Assembly (NCBI GenBank): GCA_963666485.2
Contig: CAXXUO010000002.1
Span: 128,001-192,000 of the forward strand
Length of the DNA: 64,000 nucleotides
DNA from: Syntrophorhabdaceae bacterium
Lineage (GTDB): Bacteria; Desulfobacterota; Syntrophorhabdia; Syntrophorhabdales; Syntrophorhabdaceae
Direction: 5' to 3'
Positions 48,372 through 58,067 of this stretch are shown here, in pieces (position 1 is the stretch's first letter; every line of letters starts with the position of its first letter). Position numbers and translations under genes: made by a program. The notes below the pieces were generated by a model. The model was not told the origin of the DNA. It did no database searches and worked only from the letters and a program-made list of their open reading frames with translations.

Positions 48372-49907
48372 ATGGAGAAAATACTGGGCGACCTCGGCCT
48401 TGACGCGTCGGTAGAATTATCCGGTGCAGGGACAGGGAGCTGGCTTCGCTGCAGCGGCCCGATACTGGAGTCGGTATCCCCCATTGATGGCCGCGCAATA
48501 GGCAGGATCGCATGCGCAGGCGCGGACGACTGTGAAACGGTGATAACGCGGGCCGCGCAGGCCTTCGAAGAATGGCGGATGGTGCCCGCCCCGGCGCGGG
48601 GCGACATCGTGAGACAAATAGGCAATGCGCTCAGGGCCCGCAAGAAGGAACTCGGCGCCCTCGTGAGCCTCGAGATGGGTAAGATCAGGGCCGAGGGTGA
48701 AGGCGAGGTGCAGGAGATGATCGACATGGCCGATCTTGCAGTCGGCCAGTCGAGGATGCTCTACGGCAAGACCATGCCCAGCGAACGGCCGGGTCACCGT
48801 TTGTACGAACAGTGGCATCCTTTAGGCCCCGTGGGGGTCGTCACCGCGTTTAATTTTCCCGTCGCCGTGTGGGCGTGGAACGCGATGATCGCACTCGTTG
48901 CCGGCGACACCGTGATCTGGAAACCTTCATCGAAGACACCGCTCTGTGCCATCGCTGCCATGCAGATCGCAGGAGAGGTGCTGAAAAAGAACGCCCTGCC
49001 GGAAGGCATCCTGAACGTTATCATAGGCCCGCATGCGGCGGTGGGCAATGCGCTCATCGGGGACAAGCGCGTCCCGCTCGTCTCGGCCACGGGGAGCGTG
49101 CGGATGGGGCGCGCCGTCGGCCAGGCGGTCAAGGCCCGGCTCGGCCGGACAATACTTGAGCTCGGAGGGAACAACGCGATCATCGTCACGCCCTCCGCGG
49201 ACCTCGATCTCGCCGTGAGGGCAATCCTTTTCGGGGCCGTCGGCACGGCGGGGCAGCGCTGCACCAGCACGCGGCGCCTTATTGTCCACGCGAGCATCTA
49301 TGGCCGTCTTGCGGACCGGTTGATCGAAGCTTACAAACAGGTGCGCATCGGCAACCCCCTTGACGAAAAGACCCTCATGGGACCGCTCGTCGACCGGGAG
49401 GCGGTCGGTTCCATGCAGCTGGCCCTCAAGCGTCTCAAGGAGAAAGGCGGGGATGTCCTCTATGGCGGGGATGTCCTCTCGGGCGGCCTTTTCGATGCGG
49501 GGACATATGTCAGGCCGTGCCTCGGCCGGGCAACGCCCGATACGCCCATCGTGAAAGAGGAAACGTTCGCCCCGGTCCTGTACCTCATTGAATATGAAAC
49601 CATCGAGCAGGCGGTCCGCTACCACAATCTCGTTCCCCAGGGGCTCTCTTCGGCCATCTTTACGAATGATGTCAGGGAGGCCGAGTTTTTCCTGAGTCAG
49701 CGCGGCTCCGACTGCGGCATAGCGAACGTGAACATCGGCACCTCGGGCGCGGAGATCGGCGGTGCCTTCGGCGGGGAGAAAGAGACCGGCGGAGGCCGGG
49801 AGGCGGGCTCCGATGCCTGGAAGGCATACATGCGGCGGCAGACGTGCACGATCAACTGGTCCCGCGAGCTCCCCCTGGCGCAGGGGATCGAGTTCGACGC
49901 AGGTTAA
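48372..49907 (+). CDS. ALDH7/AmaB-type aldehyde dehydrogenase (aminoadipate semialdehyde / P6C dehydrogenase-like)
   Basis: AFNFPVAVWAWN, LELGGNN, GTAGQRCT and NVNIGTSGAEIGGAFGGEKETGGGRE motifs. Confidence 0.9.
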   Translation: MEKILGDLGLDASVELSGAGTGSWLRCSGPILESVSPIDGRAIGRIACAGADDCETVITRAAQAFEEWRMVPAPARGDIVRQIGNALRARKKELGALVSLEMGKIRAEGEGEVQEMIDMADLAVGQSRMLYGKTMPSERPGHRLYEQWHPLGPVGVVTAFNFPVAVWAWNAMIALVAGDTVIWKPSSKTPLCAIAAMQIAGEVLKKNALPEGILNVIIGPHAAVGNALIGDKRVPLVSATGSVRMGRAVGQAVKARLGRTILELGGNNAIIVTPSADLDLAVRAILFGAVGTAGQRCTSTRRLIVHASIYGRLADRLIEAYKQVRIGNPLDEKTLMGPLVDREAVGSMQLALKRLKEKGGDVLYGGDVLSGGLFDAGTYVRPCLGRATPDTPIVKEETFAPVLYLIEYETIEQAVRYHNLVPQGLSSAIFTNDVREAEFFLSQRGSDCGIANVNIGTSGAEIGGAFGGEKETGGGREAGSDAWKAYMRRQTCTINWSRELPLAQGIEFDAG

Positions 49908-49923
49908 ACAAGGAGGTCTTTTC

Positions 49924-51027
49924 ATGGCATTCACCGTGCCGCCTTATAACCCGCCCGATTTCAGTTCCCCTCACCTTGCCGGCGCTCCCCTCGCGATCTT
50001 CCGCCAGGCGCCGCATGACGGGGTGGCCCCGGACGACTACCATGCCACGACGATCTTCCCGGAATACTTTCAGATGGCAAAGGGCACATGGACGCTCCCC
50101 GAGGAGTCACGTATGGACTGTGTCGTCGTCCTCGAAGCGGACGGGCAACTGTCCGTCAAGGAGTTCAGGCACCTCAAGCGGGGAGACCTCGTTGCAACCG
50201 GCAGGGGCGAGAACGGGGAAGACGGCATCTTTGTCCATGCAAACGGTTTCGACTTTCCCGGACATGCGGCGGACAAGTTCGCTTTCCGGACCGGGATAAC
50301 GCGGGAAACATCGTTCTCCATCGACTATGACAAATTGTATGATCTCCTCGAGTATGAGCGTGCAAACGGGTTCATACTGTGGGTACTCGGCCCGGCCACG
50401 GTTTTCGACCGGGATGCCCGGGAGGCCTTCACGCACCTCGTGGAACTCGGGTACGCGCAGGGCATGCTGGCGGGGAACGCGCTGGCCGTCCACGACATGG
50501 AGGCCTCTCTGTTCGGCACGGCCCTTGGACAGGAGATCTACTCGAAGCGGCCTGTCGAGCTCGGGCACTACAAGCATCTCGACACGGTCAACACGATCAG
50601 GGCCATCGGCTCGATCGGTGAGGCAATCGAGCGCGGGGTGGTAAAGGACGGTATTATCCACGCCCTCACGGAAAAAGGGGTCCCTTACGTGCTTGCCGGA
50701 TCGATCCGCGACGACGGCCCCCTGCCGGGGGTCATCGGGAACGCGTACGCGGCGCAGGACGGCATGCGCAGCCTCACCCGCCGCGCCACCACGGTCATCG
50801 CCCTCGCGACGCAGCTTCACGCGATCGCCACCGGCAACATGGTGCCATCGTACACGGTAACAGAGACAGGCGTGGTGAGGCCTGTGTACTTTTACTCCGT
50901 TGACATGTCCGAGTTCGCCGTCAGCAAGCTTGCCGACCGCGGTTCCCTCACGGCCCGTTCGATCCTGACGAACGTGCAGGATTTCATCGTAACCGTCGAG
51001 CGGGGGCTGCGCAAGAGGAACGGATAA
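49924..51027 (+). CDS. TIGR00300 / ArgZ-C-terminal-like protein, putative ornithine cyclodeaminase
   Basis: AGNALAVHDME..LFGTALG, GHYKHL, VLAGSIRDDGPLP and LHAIATGN motifs; AGGAGG RBS before ATG 49924. Confidence 0.75.
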   Translation: MAFTVPPYNPPDFSSPHLAGAPLAIFRQAPHDGVAPDDYHATTIFPEYFQMAKGTWTLPEESRMDCVVVLEADGQLSVKEFRHLKRGDLVATGRGENGEDGIFVHANGFDFPGHAADKFAFRTGITRETSFSIDYDKLYDLLEYERANGFILWVLGPATVFDRDAREAFTHLVELGYAQGMLAGNALAVHDMEASLFGTALGQEIYSKRPVELGHYKHLDTVNTIRAIGSIGEAIERGVVKDGIIHALTEKGVPYVLAGSIRDDGPLPGVIGNAYAAQDGMRSLTRRATTVIALATQLHAIATGNMVPSYTVTETGVVRPVYFYSVDMSEFAVSKLADRGSLTARSILTNVQDFIVTVERGLRKRNG

Positions 51028-51048
51028 CGGCTGTCCGAGGTACATGCG

Positions 51049-51987
51049 TCACGGGATGATTTCCGTCCCCGCTTGCCCGGATATTGCCCCTTCGATCGAT
51101 TCTATAGACGTGATGACCGCCCTCTTTCCCCCGCCCGTAACGAACTGAACGGCAGCTTCTACCTTCGGGCCCATGGACCCGGGAGGGAATTGGCCGTCTT
51201 CGAGGTAGAATCCGGCATCGCCCACCGTCAGTGTCCGCAGGAAGGTCTCGCCCGGTTTCCCGAAATTGAGTGCTGCACCGGGCACATCGGTAGCGATCAG
51301 GAAAGTATCGACATCCGCTTCGCGAGCAAGCACTGCGCTCGCAAGGTCCTTGTCGATCACCGCGTCCACGCCGCAGAAGGACCTCCCCTCGCGGATGACG
51401 GGTATACCCCCGCCGCCGCAGCATATGACGATGAAGCCCATTTCGATGAGCTGCCTGATCTCCCGTTTCTCGACAATGGTAACGGGCCTCGGGGAGGCGA
51501 CGACCCTGCGCAGCCCTCTGGCCGTTTTCCTGACCGGGTAAGGAAGCTGTGACGCTCTTTCCTCCGTGTAATACGGACCGATAGGCTTGGTCGGGTCTTC
51601 GAACGCAGGGTCTTTCTCGTCAACGACCACGTAGCTGATCAGGCTCACGAGGTGCGTCTGGGCACCGGCCCCCAACTCCATGAGCTCACTATCAAGGGTC
51701 GATTCGATCATGTAGCCGATCTCGCCCTGGGTCTGCGCCACGAGGATCTCGAGCGGCATGGGCACGACCGCATCGCAGCATTCCTGCTGGAGAAGAAGAT
51801 TCCCCACCTGGGGCCCGTTCCCGTGCGTGATAATGATGCGGTAGTCACGTGAAAGGCGGGCGATCTGGCGGATGGGGACCTTGAGGTTGCGGAACTGCTC
51901 TTCGACAGTTCCCCTCTCCCCCGGCCTGATGAGGGCGTTCCCGCCCAGGGCGACGAGGAGGATCGGCTTCGCGTCATGTCCGGCCAT
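51049..51987 (-). CDS. arcC: Carbamate kinase
   Basis: ALGGNAL, THGNGPQVG, PTKPIG, RRVVASP, GGGGIPV, AVIDKD and GSMGPKV motifs. Confidence 0.95.
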   Translation of the reverse strand: MAGHDAKPILLVALGGNALIRPGERGTVEEQFRNLKVPIRQIARLSRDYRIIITHGNGPQVGNLLLQQECCDAVVPMPLEILVAQTQGEIGYMIESTLDSELMELGAGAQTHLVSLISYVVVDEKDPAFEDPTKPIGPYYTEERASQLPYPVRKTARGLRRVVASPRPVTIVEKREIRQLIEMGFIVICCGGGGIPVIREGRSFCGVDAVIDKDLASAVLAREADVDTFLIATDVPGAALNFGKPGETFLRTLTVGDAGFYLEDGQFPPGSMGPKVEAAVQFVTGGGKRAVITSIESIEGAISGQAGTEIIP

Positions 51988-51989
51988 AT

Positions 51990-53348
51990 TTACTTTCTAT
52001 CCATTGCGGGCGCGTGTTCTGCCGGCAGCCCGAGTTCCTCGAGACGCCCGGCCAGGCATTCCTCGAGAGTCGGTGTTCCGCGGTCGCGGTACTCGTAGCG
52101 CACGCGAAGCGCGGGCTTGTTGACGGCAAGGACCCGAGTCAGATGAATGGGCGTCGCAAAAACGACGACGTCACATTCCGCGCGGTTTATCGTGCGCGCA
52201 AGGTCACCGATCTGGTCGGCGCTATATCCCATCGCCGGAAGAACAGGGCCTATATGAGGATACGCCGCATAAACCTGCTCTATCGTCCCGACGGCATATT
52301 CCCGCGGATCGACGATCTCTGCGGCCCCGCATTGCGATGCAGCTATGTATCCCGCCCCATAGGCCATCCCCCCGTGCGTCAGGGTAGGCCCATCTTCCAC
52401 GACCAGCACCCTCTTTCCCCGGATCCGTTCCGGGTCGGAGACGAGCACCGGGGATTCTGCGAAAAGGACCTTCGCCCCGGGGGCGTTAAGTTCAATGTTC
52501 CTGCGGACCTCTTCCGTATTCGCGGCGGGCGCCGTGTCCACCTTGTTGATGATCGCTATATCCGCCATCCTCATGTTCGTTTCACCGGGATAGTAGGCAA
52601 GCTCATGGCCCGCCCGGAGCGGGTCGAACAACACGATGTGCACGTCGGGCCGGTAGAACGGGGTGTCGTTGTTTCCGCCGTCCCACACGATGACGTCCCC
52701 TTCCCCCTCTGCGGCCGTGAGGATCCGGCCGTAATCCACCCCCGCGTAGACAGTGATCCCCATGTCTACAAGAGGCTCATATTCCTCAAGCTCCTCTATG
52801 GTGCACCTGCAGCGCTCGAAGTCTTCATGACGTGAAAACCGCTGGATTATCTGCTCCTCGAGGTTACCATAGGGCATGGGATGCCGGACAACGACCGCCT
52901 TTAACGCGCGGCTATTAAGTATCTCACACACCTTGCGGGTCGTCTGGGACTTGCCCGCACCCGTCCTGACAGCGCAGACGGCAACCACCGGCCTTTTGGA
53001 ACTGAGCATCGTATAGGTCGCCCCGATCAGGATAAAATCCGCCCCTTCCGCCATGACGGCGGAGGCCTTGTGCATCACGTCCAGGTGGGACACATCGCTG
53101 TACGAGAAGACAACAAGGTCGATCACGTGCTGCCGGATGAGGGCGGCAAGCTCGCCTTCAGGGTAGATAGGGACCCCCTCGGGGTAAAGGCCCCCGGAAA
53201 GTTGAGGAGGATAAACCCTCTGACCGATCCCCGGGATCTGCGCCATGGTAAAGGCAACGACCCTGTACCGGGGGTTGTCCCTGAAATATATATTGAAGTT
53301 ATGGAAATCGCGGCCCGCGGCACCCATGATGATGACCTTTTCAATCAT
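51990..53348 (-). CDS. Cyclic 2,3-diphosphoglycerate synthetase-like P-loop protein; probable arginine synthetase (ArcE-like)
   Basis: GAAGRDFHNFN, AVRTGAGKSQ, RHPMPYG, WDGGNND, EDGPTLTHGGM and LPAMGY motifs; ends 2 nt before carbamate kinase. Confidence 0.8.
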   Translation of the reverse strand: MIEKVIIMGAAGRDFHNFNIYFRDNPRYRVVAFTMAQIPGIGQRVYPPQLSGGLYPEGVPIYPEGELAALIRQHVIDLVVFSYSDVSHLDVMHKASAVMAEGADFILIGATYTMLSSKRPVVAVCAVRTGAGKSQTTRKVCEILNSRALKAVVVRHPMPYGNLEEQIIQRFSRHEDFERCRCTIEELEEYEPLVDMGITVYAGVDYGRILTAAEGEGDVIVWDGGNNDTPFYRPDVHIVLFDPLRAGHELAYYPGETNMRMADIAIINKVDTAPAANTEEVRRNIELNAPGAKVLFAESPVLVSDPERIRGKRVLVVEDGPTLTHGGMAYGAGYIAASQCGAAEIVDPREYAVGTIEQVYAAYPHIGPVLPAMGYSADQIGDLARTINRAECDVVVFATPIHLTRVLAVNKPALRVRYEYRDRGTPTLEECLAGRLEELGLPAEHAPAMDRK

Positions 53349-53487
53349 ATGGAAAACCTCCGCTCGACACGCCCGTCAGGGCTCCCCTCAAGCATGAGCC
53401 TTGAGGATGCCTCAACCCTATGTCATCAATTATATCAGTGAATGCAGCTTTTCCCCGGTCATTCATCCGTGGGATAACTTTTTTCCG

Positions 53488-53673
53488 CTATTGTTCGTAG
53501 TGAATTGCCTCCACCGGGCAGGCCTCTGCAGCTTCAATGATCTTCGTGTCGAGCGTCAGGTCGGCGTCCTTGATTATAGTTGCGAGTTCCCCTTCAAGCA
53601 CGAAAACCTCGGGGCATATCTCTACACACGCCCCGCACGCTACGCAGGTGTCATCTACCGATACTTTTTTCAT
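53488..53673 (-). CDS. Ferredoxin (single 4Fe-4S cluster)
   Basis: CVACGAC..ICP...ACPVEAI; GGGAGGGG RBS. Confidence 0.93.
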   Translation of the reverse strand: MKKVSVDDTCVACGACVEICPEVFVLEGELATIIKDADLTLDTKIIEAAEACPVEAIHYEQ

Positions 53674-53868
53674 CTTCCCCTCCCTGTTTTCTTTGCGAGG
53701 TGCCGTTTTGATGCGACGCTCCGCACCTCTTTCATTTCCTCAAAACCTATGACACCCGTATTGTTTTGTAAACGGCCTGTGCGCGCCGCCACGTGCAGGT
53801 CAGAAGAACCCGCCTCGCTGCACACCCGGTCGGCAGGAATGTCATGGGCCACCCCACCGGATCGAATA

Positions 53869-55500
53869 TCAGTGCTTATCCTGTTCGCTGCTCCGCAGGG
53901 AAAGGGCAAAATCGGGACAGATGTAGAGGCATTTCCGGCAACCCACGCACCGCTCGGTGTCCCGGGCGGCCACGGGCCGGTAACCGGCCGGATTGAAGGT
54001 ATCGGATGGGGAAAAAACATTGAGCGAACAGACCTCCCTGCAATACCCGCATTCCTTGCAGGCAAGGGGGTCCACCTCAACGGTAAACTGTCGAACGTCG
54101 CAGGCGAGGCACCGGAGAGCCTCGTCCACCGCCGTTTCGGGGCTGTACCCGACCTCCAGGGGGACCGGTGCCGCGACACGTTCGGCCGGGCTAACCGTTC
54201 CGGCACGGTGCCTCACGGTGCCCCTCGGCGACGGCTCGCACACGGTGAGGCCGGTGCCGCCCTCGCCGGCCCGGTCGATCACGCCCTCGCCGCCCAGAAA
54301 CCTGTCTATCGCAACAGCGGCCCTTCTGCCTTCGGCAATCGCGTGAATGATCGACGACGGGCCCGTGACCGCCTCACCCGCCGCAAATAAGCCCGGGGTA
54401 TGCGTCATCAGGTCATTGCCGGCATCGATGAGCCCTTCCTCTTTTGCCACACCGGTGACGTCGACGAAGCCCGTGTCCGGGGTCTGGCCTATGGCGAGGA
54501 TCACAGTGTCCGCATCGAGGTCGCGCGTGACAGACGGGTCGTACCGGGGGGCGAACCTGCCCTCGTCATCGAACACGGAGACACAGCGGATACAGCGGAC
54601 GCCTGTGACCTTGCCCTCCCTGCCGCGAAGGGCCTCAGGGCCCCATCCGTTCTCGACGACAATGCCCTCTTCGACGGCATCGGCAATCTCCCAGGAGTAG
54701 GCCGGCATTTCGCCCTGTTTTTCAAGACAGATGACGCGCACATCCTTTGCTCCGAGCCGCAGCGCGCTCATCGCAGCGTCGATCGCGACATTCCCCCCGC
54801 CGATGACGCAGACCTTCGCCCCCACAGGGACCGTATCGCCCTTCTTGACGGACCGCAGGAAGTCGAGGCCCCCATATACGCCTGTGAGTTCGGAACCCGG
54901 CAGCCCAAGTCTCTTGCTCAGCTGATTGCCCGATGCTATAAGGACCGCATCGTATTCGCCCGCGAGTTCGGCGACGCGGACTTCCTTGCCTCCGGAGAAC
55001 CTGACCCCGAGCCCGAAGATGAACCTCAGGTCGTTCTCGAGGACCTCCCGGGGAAGCCGGTACTCCGGGATGGCGGAGCGCAGCATGCCGCCGGCGAGTT
55101 CATCCTTCTCAAAGACCTCGACGGTGTGGCCGAGAAGGGCGAGGTAATAGGCGGCGGTGAGGCCGCACGGGCCGGACCCGATAATTGCCGCGTTCTTCCC
55201 CGTAGGCGCATTCGCGCACGGCGGCTGCCCTGATCCTCCACTCAACTCCCCGGCTGCCCGTTTCAGCATCCTGATCGCCACGGTCTCATCGAACTGGATG
55301 CGGGCGCACCGCGCCTCGCAGGGGTGGACACAGACGCGGCCGCACACGGCAGGAAAAGGGATCCTCTCCCGTATGACCTTAAGCGCGCCATCGAAATCCC
55401 CGTGCTGGATGTGCCTGATGTACCGGGGCACATCGATCCCTGCCGGGCAGTCTTCCCTGCATCGCGGCACAGCGTTCTTCGTGTCCTTCACATCTTCCAT
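53869..55500 (-). CDS. GltD/NfnB-like FAD-NAD(P) Fe-S oxidoreductase with a C-terminal 2x[4Fe-4S] delta-subunit-like domain
   Basis: C...CP and CGRVCVHPCE..C; GSGPCG; GGGNVAID; C-terminal CKECGYC..VC and GYRP...CVGCRKC..ICPDFA. Confidence 0.88.
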   Translation of the reverse strand: MEDVKDTKNAVPRCREDCPAGIDVPRYIRHIQHGDFDGALKVIRERIPFPAVCGRVCVHPCEARCARIQFDETVAIRMLKRAAGELSGGSGQPPCANAPTGKNAAIIGSGPCGLTAAYYLALLGHTVEVFEKDELAGGMLRSAIPEYRLPREVLENDLRFIFGLGVRFSGGKEVRVAELAGEYDAVLIASGNQLSKRLGLPGSELTGVYGGLDFLRSVKKGDTVPVGAKVCVIGGGNVAIDAAMSALRLGAKDVRVICLEKQGEMPAYSWEIADAVEEGIVVENGWGPEALRGREGKVTGVRCIRCVSVFDDEGRFAPRYDPSVTRDLDADTVILAIGQTPDTGFVDVTGVAKEEGLIDAGNDLMTHTPGLFAAGEAVTGPSSIIHAIAEGRRAAVAIDRFLGGEGVIDRAGEGGTGLTVCEPSPRGTVRHRAGTVSPAERVAAPVPLEVGYSPETAVDEALRCLACDVRQFTVEVDPLACKECGYCREVCSLNVFSPSDTFNPAGYRPVAARDTERCVGCRKCLYICPDFALSLRSSEQDKH

Positions 55501-55507
55501 TGAAGTT

Positions 55508-56077
55508 TTATCCCGGCTTCAATTGTTGAGCGATGAGGTTTTCGCCGAGACGAAGAGCTCTCACATTACCGGCAGCGGCGTCCGGGAATGTGTCGCTCAC
55601 AACGGCAATGAGGCTGTCCATGCGTATTATTCCTGTACGGGCGACCATGGCGCCGAGGGCAATGAGAGCTGCGGCACCCGGCCGGCCGAGTTCAGCCGCC
55701 AGCTTCGTAAAGGGAAACCCGCAAAAATTGTTTTCCCCGCGTTCTGCGAGGCACGTCGTATCGAAAATGACGAGCGGCCCCTTCCCGGCCCGGCCTTCAT
55801 AACGCCCGAAGGCCGTTTCGTTAAGCGCCAGCACGACGTCGGGTTCCTCGACCTGCTGAAATAGTATCTCTTCCGTATCGATGATAAGCTCTGATACAGA
55901 CTCACCGCCCCGCGCCGCAATACCGTACGACTGGGTCTGAACGACATTCCTGCCTTCCCTCACAGCACCTTCTCCTAAGAGCATGGCGGACACTATAAGG
56001 CCCTGGCCGCCTGCTCCTGCCAGGATGACCTCATAATGTTCTTTCTGCCGCTGTCTTTCCTGTTCCCGCAGGTCCAT
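55508..56077 (-). CDS. 2-oxoacid:acceptor oxidoreductase gamma subunit
   Basis: AGAGGQG and QTQSYG..ARGG.S motifs. Confidence 0.92.
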   Translation of the reverse strand: MDLREQERQRQKEHYEVILAGAGGQGLIVSAMLLGEGAVREGRNVVQTQSYGIAARGGESVSELIIDTEEILFQQVEEPDVVLALNETAFGRYEGRAGKGPLVIFDTTCLAERGENNFCGFPFTKLAAELGRPGAAALIALGAMVARTGIIRMDSLIAVVSDTFPDAAAGNVRALRLGENLIAQQLKPG

Positions 56078-56080
56078 GCG

Positions 56081-56902
56081 TCAGTCCTTCTTTGCCTTCG
56101 AACGGACTTCGTCATACCGCGCATTGAAATCCGGGTCGTCCCGGTCGACGAGCTTCCCGATGGGGAAAAAGCCGGCCTGTGCATCCGCGGTGAGCAGGTC
56201 GTACTCTTCTTTCGGCAAGGCCCTGTCCTTGATGGCCTTGAGCATATCGACCGGTGTCCCCATCCGGTTGTACTTCCCGTAATGCGTGGGACAGGGGCTC
56301 ATGACCTCGACGACGGAGAACCCTTTTTTCTTGAGGGCCTCTTTTATGTTCGCCTCGAGTTCGAACCCATGCCAGGGGGTTCCCCGTGCCACGTAGTTCG
56401 CGCCCGCAACACCGGCGAGGGCGCAGATATCGAAATCCCTCTCCGGGTTCGCATAGGCCGTGGTGCTCGTCAGCATGCCGAAAGGGGTGGTCCCGGAGAC
56501 CTGTCCGCCCGTCATGCCGAAATTGAAATTGTTCACGACGATCACGGTGACGTCGATGTTGCGGCGCGCGGCATGGATGAAATGGTTGCCCCCAATGGTG
56601 ACCGAGTCGCCGTCGCCCATGAGCACGACCACGTTCAAACGGGGGTTGAAGGCTTTCATTCCCGTCGCGAACGCGAGGGCCCTGCCGTGCGTTCCGTGAA
56701 AGCCGTTTGTCACCACGTAGTCATCCGCCTTGCCCCAACACCCGATGCCGGTCACGACGACGGTCTCCTCATTCCTGAGACCCAACGACGCGAAGGCGCG
56801 AAGAAGCGCGGAAAGGACGATGCCGTTGCCGCACCCCGGGCACCACATATGGGGCGTCACGCCCTCTTTCAAGTATCGCATTCCCGATGAAAAGTCCGTC
56901 AT
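56081..56902 (-). CDS. korB: 2-oxoacid:ferredoxin oxidoreductase beta subunit (TPP-binding)
   Basis: WCPGCG, GIGC, HGRA, GDGD...IGGNHFIHA, GMTGGQ and SPCP motifs. Confidence 0.9.
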   Translation of the reverse strand: MTDFSSGMRYLKEGVTPHMWCPGCGNGIVLSALLRAFASLGLRNEETVVVTGIGCWGKADDYVVTNGFHGTHGRALAFATGMKAFNPRLNVVVLMGDGDSVTIGGNHFIHAARRNIDVTVIVVNNFNFGMTGGQVSGTTPFGMLTSTTAYANPERDFDICALAGVAGANYVARGTPWHGFELEANIKEALKKKGFSVVEVMSPCPTHYGKYNRMGTPVDMLKAIKDRALPKEEYDLLTADAQAGFFPIGKLVDRDDPDFNARYDEVRSKAKKD

Positions 56903-56904
56903 AG

Positions 56905-58047
56905 CTAAGCCATAATCATTGCAAGAATATCACGGGGCCGGATTATCTGCCCGTTGAAACTGTTCACTCCCTTTATGTCCCGCTCGGGGCCTAACACCCG
57001 TCGCACCTCGCCTGCCGCCTGCCCGGCATAGTTCATCTCCGGGACGATCACCCGCCTCGCCCCATGAGCGGCGCGGCGAACTTCTTTGTCAGGAAACGGC
57101 CAGAGGGTCTGAAGCTGGAGCACCCCGGCCTTGATGCCTTCTTTTCTTGCTTCCTTCGCCGCGGCCCGGCCCGCGCGCGTCGTGATCCCGTACGCGACGA
57201 TGACGACGTCCGCGTCGTCAACGTCAAACGTCCGCGTCATCACGATCTCGTCACGGTGCATGTCGATCTTGCGGTGGATCCGGCTGATCTTCCGGGCGGC
57301 ATTGGCCGGGTCGTTGTTGCTGAGTCCGTCGGGCCCGTGCATCGAGCTTGACACGTGGAACACATACGGGCTTCCGTACGCAGCGAGCGGTGCCACACCG
57401 TCTTCACCCGCCTCGAAGGGCTTATATTCTGACGGCGGAACGGAAGGTTGCTTCCTGTCGATTATCGCGAGTTCCCCCTCCTCGGGGACGGTGAGGTTCT
57501 CCCGCATGTGGGCGACGACCTCATCCGAAACGAGGATGACGGGGGTCCGGTATTTTTCCGACAGATTGAACGCCTGCACGGTGAGCTCAAAGCACTCGCG
57601 CACCGTGGCCGGGCAGAGGGCGATGAGCGTCTGGTCACCGTGCCGTCCCCACCGCACCTGCATGAAGTCCGCCTGCGCGGGCTTCGTGGCGAGTCCCGTA
57701 GACGGCCCTGACCGCTGGACATGAACAATGACGCACGGAACTTCAGCCATCACGGCCAGCCCCAGGTTCTCCTGCATGAGAGAGAACCCCGGGCCGCTCG
57801 TGGCGGTAAAGGCCTTCGCACCGGCAAGCGATGCCCCGATGACCGCGGCGATGCTCGCTATCTCGTCTTCCATCTGGATGTACATCCCCCCGACGCCGGG
57901 CAGGATGACCGAGCATTCTTCCGCTATTTCCGAGGAGGGCGTGATGGGGTATCCCGCATAGAACCGGGCGCCTGCATACAGGGCGCCCTTAACGATCGCC
58001 TGGTTGCCTTGAATCAGCGTCATTGCAGATTTTCCGGTATTATTCAC
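56905..58047 (-). CDS. korA: 2-oxoacid:acceptor oxidoreductase alpha subunit
   Basis: YPITPSSE, QMEDEI, ATSGPGFSLMQE and QRSGPSTG motifs. The start may be ATG 58023. The substrate cannot be determined from sequence. Confidence 0.9.
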   Translation of the reverse strand: MNNTGKSAMTLIQGNQAIVKGALYAGARFYAGYPITPSSEIAEECSVILPGVGGMYIQMEDEIASIAAVIGASLAGAKAFTATSGPGFSLMQENLGLAVMAEVPCVIVHVQRSGPSTGLATKPAQADFMQVRWGRHGDQTLIALCPATVRECFELTVQAFNLSEKYRTPVILVSDEVVAHMRENLTVPEEGELAIIDRKQPSVPPSEYKPFEAGEDGVAPLAAYGSPYVFHVSSSMHGPDGLSNNDPANAARKISRIHRKIDMHRDEIVMTRTFDVDDADVVIVAYGITTRAGRAAAKEARKEGIKAGVLQLQTLWPFPDKEVRRAAHGARRVIVPEMNYAGQAAGEVRRVLGPERDIKGVNSFNGQIIRPRDILAMIMA

Positions 58048-58067
58048 ACTATGGGCAGTATAGCATA

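Noticed and set aside
53670..54206. 178-aa minus-strand ORF bridging the flavoprotein and ferredoxin genes
   Set aside because: It mostly overlaps the flavoprotein in another frame and has Pro/Arg-rich non-coding composition.
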